Assembly (NCBI GenBank): GCA_039630345.1
Contig: JBCNVD010000010.1
Location: forward strand, 1-13,249
Reading direction: 5' to 3'
From: Aquificaceae bacterium
GTDB lineage: Bacteria; Aquificota; Aquificia; Aquificales; Aquificaceae
DNA: 13,249 bases
Shown here: in pieces, positions 7,801 through 13,249 of the stretch
Numbering within the stretch: the first letter of the stretch is position 1
Layout: each line of letters starts with the position of its first letter
Made by a program: the position numbers and the translations under genes
Notes under the pieces: model-generated
Database searches by the model: none
What the model was told of the DNA's origin: nothing
What the model saw: only the letters and a program-made list of their open reading frames with translations

Positions 7801-8859
7801 ATGCGATGCTGGCAGGGAATCATAAAAGAGTATGCAAAGTTTTTGCCTGTGGAGAGCTCCTGGAGGGTGGTAACTCTTCTTGAGGGTAATACCCCTCTTG
7901 TGGAGGCTTTTGCACTTGCCAAAGAGGCCGGCTTTAGGGGAAGACTTTTCCTCAAATGCGAGGGGCTAAACCCAACGGGGTCTTTTAAAGACAGGGGCAT
8001 GACTGTTGCCATAACCAAGGCGCTAAATGAAGGTAAAAAGGCGGTTATTTGTGCCTCGACCGGCAACACATCCGCCTCTGCGGCTGCCTATGCGGCAAGG
8101 GCAGGTATGAAGGCTTTTGTCCTGCTCCCAAGGGGCGCTGTTGCTATGGGAAAGCTATCCCAGGCAGTAATGTATGGAGCCAGGGTCATTGCCCTTCAGG
8201 GGACTTTTGACGATGCTCTCAGTGTTGTTAGAAAGATAGCAGAGATCTTGAATGTCGAGGTTGTAAATTCCGTCAATCCTTTAAGGATAGAAGGGCAAAA
8301 GACAGCAGCTTTTGAGGTGTGCGACGAGCTTGGAATGGCCCCGGACTTTCACTTTCTGCCTGTTGGCAATGCAGGTAACATAACCGCATACTGGAAGGGT
8401 TATAAAGAGTATTATCAGGCAGGAATTATAGACAAACTGCCAAAGATGATGGGCTTTCAGGCAGAGGGCGCAGCGCCGATAGTTAAGGGCTATCCTGTTA
8501 AAAACCCGCAAACCGTTGCAACAGCCATAAAGATTGGAAATCCATATAGCTGGCAGAGTGCCCTTAATGCAGTAAGCGAATCAGAGGGGTTTATAGGGGC
8601 AGTTAGCGACGATGAGATTTTAAGAGCTTATAAATTAATTGCCTCGCTTGAGGGGGTTTTTTGTGAGCCTGCGTCTGCTGCCTCGGTGGCAGGGTTTTTA
8701 AAGCTATGTAAAAAAGGGTTTTTTAGAGAAAATCAGGTTGTTGTTTGCACCCTTACAGGCAGTGGACTTAAAGACCCTCAGATTGCAATGGATATTTCTG
8801 AAAAGCCTGTTAGTTTAGCGCCTGATGTCGATGTTGTTATAAAGGAGCTTGGCTTTTGA
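7801..8859 (+). CDS. thrC: Threonine synthase
   Basis: EGNTPL, PLP-lysine motif NPTGSFKDRG, CASTGNTSASAAAYAAR, VNSVNP.R.EGQKT, PVGNAGNI, TVATAIKIGNP, EPASAA and LTGSGLKD. Confidence 0.97.
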   Translation: MRCWQGIIKEYAKFLPVESSWRVVTLLEGNTPLVEAFALAKEAGFRGRLFLKCEGLNPTGSFKDRGMTVAITKALNEGKKAVICASTGNTSASAAAYAARAGMKAFVLLPRGAVAMGKLSQAVMYGARVIALQGTFDDALSVVRKIAEILNVEVVNSVNPLRIEGQKTAAFEVCDELGMAPDFHFLPVGNAGNITAYWKGYKEYYQAGIIDKLPKMMGFQAEGAAPIVKGYPVKNPQTVATAIKIGNPYSWQSALNAVSESEGFIGAVSDDEILRAYKLIASLEGVFCEPASAASVAGFLKLCKKGFFRENQVVVCTLTGSGLKDPQIAMDISEKPVSLAPDVDVVIKELGF

Positions 8860-9485
8860 GGGTTTTAGAGCTCTCTAAAGAGAGTATATCCAGGGCTGTT
8901 GAGGTTTTAAACTCTGGAGGCATAGTCTGTTTTCCCACGGATACAGTTTATGGGCTTTTAACGCCTGCTCTTTGTAAAGAGTGTGTTAGAAGACTCTATG
9001 GGTTGAGAAGACCATCCGGTAGACCCTTTCTGGTTTTATTGCCTGATAGCTCCTGGCTTTCAGAGTTTGGCATCTTCCCCTCAAGGTTTCATCTGAGATT
9101 ACTTCAAGAGCCAGGGCTTACATTAATTTTTCAAAAGCGTGGTTGTAAGTATGGGTATATAAGCAAAAAAACCATTGCGGTAAGGATTCCGTCTAAATCA
9201 AGCGAAGTTTACGGGCTTTTAAAAGAGTTTGGTGAGCCCTTGATTGCTCCGAGTGCAAATCCAGAGGGACAAAAGACCGCAACTGACATAAAAGAGGCTA
9301 TTGACTACTTTAAAAGCTCTATAGAACTCTATGTTGACGGAGGCAGTAGAAAAGGGTCTGCTTCCACTATCGTGAGGGTGATTGGGCTTTATGGTTTGAA
9401 GGTATTAAGAGAGGGGGCTCTTTCAAAAGAGCGTTTAATGGAGGTTTATAAGGGTTTTATTAAAAAGCGTCCTTTTGGGATTTAG
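8856..9485 (+). CDS. tsaC: L-threonylcarbamoyladenylate synthase (TsaC/YrdC, single-domain Sua5/YrdC family)
   Basis: GGIVCFPTDTVYGL, TIAVRIP, PL.APSAN..G, STIV and LREGA motifs. The TTG start overlaps the thrC stop, with AAGGAG at 8842-8847. Confidence 0.85.
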   Translation: MRVLELSKESISRAVEVLNSGGIVCFPTDTVYGLLTPALCKECVRRLYGLRRPSGRPFLVLLPDSSWLSEFGIFPSRFHLRLLQEPGLTLIFQKRGCKYGYISKKTIAVRIPSKSSEVYGLLKEFGEPLIAPSANPEGQKTATDIKEAIDYFKSSIELYVDGGSRKGSASTIVRVIGLYGLKVLREGALSKERLMEVYKGFIKKRPFGI

Positions 9486-9493
9486 GTTATAAT

Positions 9494-12223
9494 TTACCTT
9501 GCTCGCCTTTTTCTTAGCTGTGCGCGCTCTTTGATGTTTTTTCTTTTTGGTCCTTCTGTAGGTGCTGGCTCCTCGGGCGGATTTTGCTCTTGGAGCATCT
9601 TAAATTGCGTTATATCTCTAAGGACGCTTTCGTAAAATTCTAGAAGCATATTTTCAAAGAGGCTGAATGCTTCTTTTTTATACTCTACTAGAGGGTCTCT
9701 CTGTGCGTATCCGCGAAGATATATTCCTTCTCTTAGACGGTCCATAACGTGCAGATGCTCTCTCCAGACCCTGTCAAGATTTGATAGCATAACGGCTTTT
9801 AAAATCTGTCTAAAAGCCTCTTCTCCAAATTCCAGGGTGCGCTCTTTTATTTTTTTGCTGATAGCTTCGGATAGAGCTTCTATAAGCTCCTGTCTATCTC
9901 TTGGATTAGACTCATAACTAATCTCTGAGCCAAGTATGGCTTTAAAGTATTCCATTAAAGCACTGAGCTCCCAGAGCTCTGGTTCGTCTTCTATTAAAAA
10001 CTCGTATACCTTCCTTGATACGAGATCGTTTGTAAATTCCTCGAGATACTGATCAAGACCCTGGGATTTTAAAATATCGCGCCTTATTGAGTAAACGGTT
10101 AGTCTCTGCTCGTTCATTACAGTGTCATACTCAAGAAGGCGTTTTCTTATTTGAAAGTTTTGCGCTTCTACCCTCTTTTGAGCGTCTCTTAATGCGGAAT
10201 TAATCCATGGATGCTCAATAGCCTCACCGTGCTTAACACCTAAAGATTTTAAGATTTTCTTGGTTTTATCCATCCCAAAGATCCGAAGAAGGTCATCCTC
10301 CAAGGATATAAAGAACTTGGTCTCTCCGGGGTCTCCCTGCCTTCCTGCACGCCCTCTTAGCTGGTTGTCAATCCTTCTTGACTCGTGCCTTTCAGTGCCT
10401 ATTACCAAAAGCCCGCCAAGCTCAACAACCTTTTTGTATTCCTCTTTGGTTATTGCAATGCTCTCCTCGAGAGCTTTTTTCCACTCCTCTTCAGATGCAC
10501 TTTGAAGGTCTTTGCCTCTGGATAGCAATATCTCTCTGGCTAAAAACTCCGGGTTTCCCCCAAGGAGGATGTCTGTGCCTCTTCCTGCCATATTGGTTGA
10601 GATAGTAACCATGCCTATCCTGCCAGCCTGGGCTATAATCTGCGCTTCTTTTTCGTGATGCTTGGCATTTAAAACCTGGTGCTTTATGCCCTCTTTACTT
10701 AGGAGCTTTGATAGATGCTCTGAATCCTCCACCGAGACTGTGCCCACAAGCACAGGTCTTCCGCGCTGATTTTCTTTTTTAACCACTTCCAGAACGGCCT
10801 GCCACTTTTCCTCTTTTGACATATAAACCGCATCTACATTGTCTTTGCGTATCATGGGCCTATGGGTGGGTATCACCACAACATCCAGTTTGTAAATTTC
10901 TTTAAATTCAAGCGCTTCTGTCTCTGCGGTTCCTGTCATCCCCGCAAGCTTTGAATAGAGCTTAAAGTAATTTTGAAATGTTATGCTCGCAAGGGTCTGG
11001 TTTTCCTGCTGAACAGGAACTCCCTCTTTTACCTCTATAGCCTGATGGAGACCATCGCTCCAGCGTCTACCTGGCAAAATCCTGCCGGTGAATTCATCAA
11101 CTATCAAAACCTCCCCGTCTCTGACTATATAGTGAACATCTCTTTTAAAAAGAGAGTGGGCCCTTAGAGCCTGCATAAGAGCGTGCAAAATGTCTATGTT
11201 TTTGATGTTATATAAATTCTCTATTTCTAAAAGCTCTTCTGACTTTTTTATGCCCTCTTCGGTTAGTTGAACTGTTCTTAACTTTTCGTCAACTATGTAG
11301 TGCTTATCCCTCTCAAGAGCTCTTACTACCCTGTCTGCGTTTTCATAAACAGATATATCAACCTGCGCAGCTCCTGAAATAATAAGGGGAGTTCTGGCCT
11401 CATCTATAAGAATAGAATCAACCTCGTCTATTATTGCAAAATCATGACCTTTTACCTGCACTATCTCCTCTTCACCAAAAGCCATATTGTCTCTTAAATA
11501 ATCAAACCCAAACTCATTATTGGTTCCATAAACCACATCACAGCTATAGGCTTCTTTTCTTAAGCAGCTCTCAAGGGTTGTAAAAAACGCCCGCTTTGCA
11601 GAGGCGTCTATAAGCTCCGAAGGAAGCATCTCTCCCTCGTAGTCTTTTGGCCACACCCTTATGTCGTCTTCAATGGCCTTTTTCGCAATTTCTGGATCTA
11701 CCCATCTTACTCTATAAGAGCTATAGTCAGAGTTGATAACCCCAACTTCTAAACCAAGAAACAAAAATATAGGGCCCATCCACTGGGCATCTCTTCTTGC
11801 AAGATAATCGTTAACGGTAACTACATGCACGCAAACGCCCGCCATGGCATTAAGGGCCACCGCTGATGTCGCCACCAGGGTCTTTCCCTCACCGGTTTTC
11901 ATCTCAGCGATTTTACCCTCGTGCAAAACAAGCCCGCCGATTAACTGCACATCAAAGAACCTAAGCCCTAAAACCCTCTTGCCTGCTTCTCTTATTAGCG
12001 CAAAAACCTCTACGGCTTCTTCGACAACCCTGCCAGCTTTAATATCTTCCTCAAGAGCTCTTAGTTTTTCCTTCAGACCCTCAGCCAGCTTTATTATCTC
12101 AAGATTACTAAGGGCGCTTAGCTCCTTCTCTCGGTGGTTTATTCTCTTTACTATTTTCCTGAGTCTTTTGACCTCTCTCTCGCTTTTGGTCCCTATTAGC
12201 TTCCTAAGAACCCAATCTACCAT
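9494..12223 (-). CDS. secA: Preprotein translocase ATPase SecA
   Basis: AEMKTGEGKT, VTVNDYLARRD, YGTNNEFGFDYLRDN, DEVDSILIDEARTPLIISG, GRRWSDGLHQA.E, TNMAGRGTDI, RRIDNQLRGRAGRQGDPG and YAQRDPLVEYK.E. Confidence 0.99.
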   Translation of the reverse strand: MVDWVLRKLIGTKSEREVKRLRKIVKRINHREKELSALSNLEIIKLAEGLKEKLRALEEDIKAGRVVEEAVEVFALIREAGKRVLGLRFFDVQLIGGLVLHEGKIAEMKTGEGKTLVATSAVALNAMAGVCVHVVTVNDYLARRDAQWMGPIFLFLGLEVGVINSDYSSYRVRWVDPEIAKKAIEDDIRVWPKDYEGEMLPSELIDASAKRAFFTTLESCLRKEAYSCDVVYGTNNEFGFDYLRDNMAFGEEEIVQVKGHDFAIIDEVDSILIDEARTPLIISGAAQVDISVYENADRVVRALERDKHYIVDEKLRTVQLTEEGIKKSEELLEIENLYNIKNIDILHALMQALRAHSLFKRDVHYIVRDGEVLIVDEFTGRILPGRRWSDGLHQAIEVKEGVPVQQENQTLASITFQNYFKLYSKLAGMTGTAETEALEFKEIYKLDVVVIPTHRPMIRKDNVDAVYMSKEEKWQAVLEVVKKENQRGRPVLVGTVSVEDSEHLSKLLSKEGIKHQVLNAKHHEKEAQIIAQAGRIGMVTISTNMAGRGTDILLGGNPEFLAREILLSRGKDLQSASEEEWKKALEESIAITKEEYKKVVELGGLLVIGTERHESRRIDNQLRGRAGRQGDPGETKFFISLEDDLLRIFGMDKTKKILKSLGVKHGEAIEHPWINSALRDAQKRVEAQNFQIRKRLLEYDTVMNEQRLTVYSIRRDILKSQGLDQYLEEFTNDLVSRKVYEFLIEDEPELWELSALMEYFKAILGSEISYESNPRDRQELIEALSEAISKKIKERTLEFGEEAFRQILKAVMLSNLDRVWREHLHVMDRLREGIYLRGYAQRDPLVEYKKEAFSLFENMLLEFYESVLRDITQFKMLQEQNPPEEPAPTEGPKRKNIKERAQLRKRRAR

Positions 12224-12238
12224 AACTTATAAATTATA

Positions 12239-12269
12239 AAACGAAGGGGGAAATCCCCCTTCAACCCCC
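12239..12269 (-). repeat. Dispersed G-tract + hairpin element, copy B, which may also act as an intrinsic terminator for the DUF465 gene
   Basis: On the - strand, GGGGG TT GAAGGGGG ATTT CCCCCTTC GTTT(T): an 8-bp stem at 12243-12262 followed by a short U tract. It overlaps the stop codon of the upstream CDS. Confidence 0.8.
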
Positions 12270-12482
12270 TTTCATGGCGTTTAAAATCATGCTCTCGACG
12301 ATGTCTTTATGCAGAAGCTTTTCTTTTTTAAGCGTTTCTATTTCTATTTGAAGGTCGTGGGTCATAGGATAGTGCTTCTCTAACTTACTGATTCTCATAT
12401 CAAGTTCGTGATGCTTTTCGTAGTGAAACTTAAACTCTTTACTTTCCTTCAGTAGCTTTTGAATAATTTCTTCTCTGCTCAT
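12261..12482 (-). CDS. DUF465 / YdcH-family small coiled-coil protein
   Basis: 73 aa with the family pattern EF...Y..H.ELD..I..LE and IE.LKKEKL..KD. Confidence 0.8.
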   Translation of the reverse strand: MSREEIIQKLLKESKEFKFHYEKHHELDMRISKLEKHYPMTHDLQIEIETLKKEKLLHKDIVESMILNAMKGG

Positions 12483-12495
12483 AAAATCTAATATA
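12482..12495. promoter_or_regulatory. Putative bidirectional leaderless promoter
   Basis: TAAAAT on + (12482-12487) is 7 nt before hslV ATG 12495. TATATT on - (12490-12495) is 7 nt before the DUF465 ATG at 12482. Confidence 0.55.
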
Positions 12496-13025
12496 TGCTC
12501 ATTTCAACCACAGTGCTTGCAGTCAGAAGAGAAGGCATTACCGCATTAGGTGCAGATGGTCAGGTAACTTTGGGAAATTCCGCAATCAAAGCGGGCGCTA
12601 AAAAAGTGCGAAGACTCTATTCTGACAAAGTCCTGGCAGGTTTTGCAGGTTCAGGTGCAGACGCTCTTGCGCTTCTTGAAAGACTTGAAAACCGCCTTAA
12701 AGAGCATGGCGGAAATTTAATAAGAGCCTGTGTAGAGCTTGTGAAAGAGTGGAGACTGGATAAAGCCCTAAGAAGGCTGGAAGCTCTTATGATAGTTGCA
12801 AATTCAGAGACGATGCTACTTATCTCCGGCTCTGGGGATTTAATAGAGCCTGATGAACCAATTCTATCAATTGGCTCTGGTTCAGAGCAGGCAAGAGCCT
12901 GCGCCCTTGCTCTATATCGCCACACTTCAATGTCCGCTCCTGAAATAGTCCAGTCCTGTCTCAAAATTGCCGCCGAGATGTGTATCTACACAAACGACCA
13001 CATAACCATGGAAATACTCAAATGA
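12495..13025 (+). CDS. hslV: ATP-dependent protease subunit HslV (ClpQ)
   Basis: Short propeptide followed by the catalytic TT, then DGQVTLG, KKVRRL, GFAGS.AD, WR.DK.LRRLEA, G.GD.IEPD, IGSG and CIYTN. Confidence 0.96.
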   Translation: MLISTTVLAVRREGITALGADGQVTLGNSAIKAGAKKVRRLYSDKVLAGFAGSGADALALLERLENRLKEHGGNLIRACVELVKEWRLDKALRRLEALMIVANSETMLLISGSGDLIEPDEPILSIGSGSEQARACALALYRHTSMSAPEIVQSCLKIAAEMCIYTNDHITMEILK

Positions 13026-13249
13026 GACTAAAACCCTGGCTAATTATCAGCTCTTTGGTTCTCTCCTGCGCCCCACAGGGGGGTGAAAATACGCTGACTT
13101 TGTCGCTTAGCTTTTCCCAGATGCAAGAGCCTTTCTCAAGACTTGTTTTGAGAGTTTCATTGCCAGAGGCAAATCCTGTAGAGCTAGTGCGCGAAGGTCC
13201 TATAAACCCCGGTGATATCGTCACTTTTAATCTTACCCTCCCAAACGGC
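13022..13249 (+). CDS. Hypothetical lipoprotein, 5' part only (runs off the window end)
   Basis: ATG 13022 overlaps the hslV stop (ATGA). The frame is open for 76 codons to the window end: MRLKPWLIISSLVLSCAPQGGENTLTLSLSFSQMQEPFSRLVLRVSLPEANPVELVREGPINPGDIVTFNLTLPNG. It has a basic n-region, a hydrophobic h-region and a lipobox-like VLSC. Confidence 0.75.
   Translation, partial: MRLKPWLIISSLVLSCAPQGGENTLTLSLSFSQMQEPFSRLVLRVSLPEANPVELVREGPINPGDIVTFNLTLPNG

Noticed and set aside
7740..8069. 109-aa minus-strand ORF overlapping thrC and the hairpin
   Set aside because: Antisense shadow of a highly conserved gene, with no recognisable motifs.
297..8511. Other short antisense or alternate-frame ORFs within the PA2779-like gene, purC, pilT, pilC, ilvB, GT9, ilvN/dcd and thrC
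   Set aside because: All are nested in well-supported genes and show no independent coding signal.
11564..11725. SecA insertion as an intein
   Set aside because: Too short, and it lacks the intein splicing motifs (N-terminal block and C-terminal His-Asn followed by C/S/T).
10260..12239. Plus-strand ORFs inside secA (10260..10505, 10378..10605, 10973..11167, 11844..12239)
   Set aside because: Antisense shadows of secA, with no RBS or family features.
7751..12269. Hairpin repeats as CRISPR repeats
   Set aside because: The copies are isolated, about 4.5 kb apart and in opposite orientations. There is no repeat-spacer periodicity and there are no cas genes.
12617..13224. Minus-strand ORFs 12617..12964 and 13018..13224
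   Set aside because: Antisense to hslV and to the better-supported lipoprotein ORF that starts at 13022.

Overview
A densely packed bacterial chromosomal segment, mostly housekeeping genes. The proteins resemble Aquificota (Aquificaceae-like) sequences as I recall them, which is an inference and not a database result. Gene order: a low-complexity window start (probably a poor-quality contig end), a PA2779-family membrane-anchored protein with a coupled PA2778-like C39 cysteine peptidase, purC(-), pilT, pilC, ilvB, a GT9 glycosyltransferase, ilvN, dcd(-), tRNA-Leu(UAA)(-), thrC, tsaC/yrdC, secA(-), a DUF465/YdcH protein(-), hslV, and the 5' end of a lipoprotein gene missing from the ORF track. 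I found no integrase, transposase, CRISPR array or rRNA. Four observations stand out. (1) A dispersed G-tract plus hairpin element, GGGGG-TT-GAAGGGGG..CCCCCTTC-GTTT, lies exactly 19 nt upstream of both the thrC and secA start codons, with a possible degraded third copy at the window start. (2) The palindromic octamer AGAGCTCT occurs 9 times, in all three reading frames. (3) The peptidase/substrate-like gene pair is uncharacterised. (4) Several genes appear to have leaderless promoters, including a bidirectional one in a 12-bp gap.
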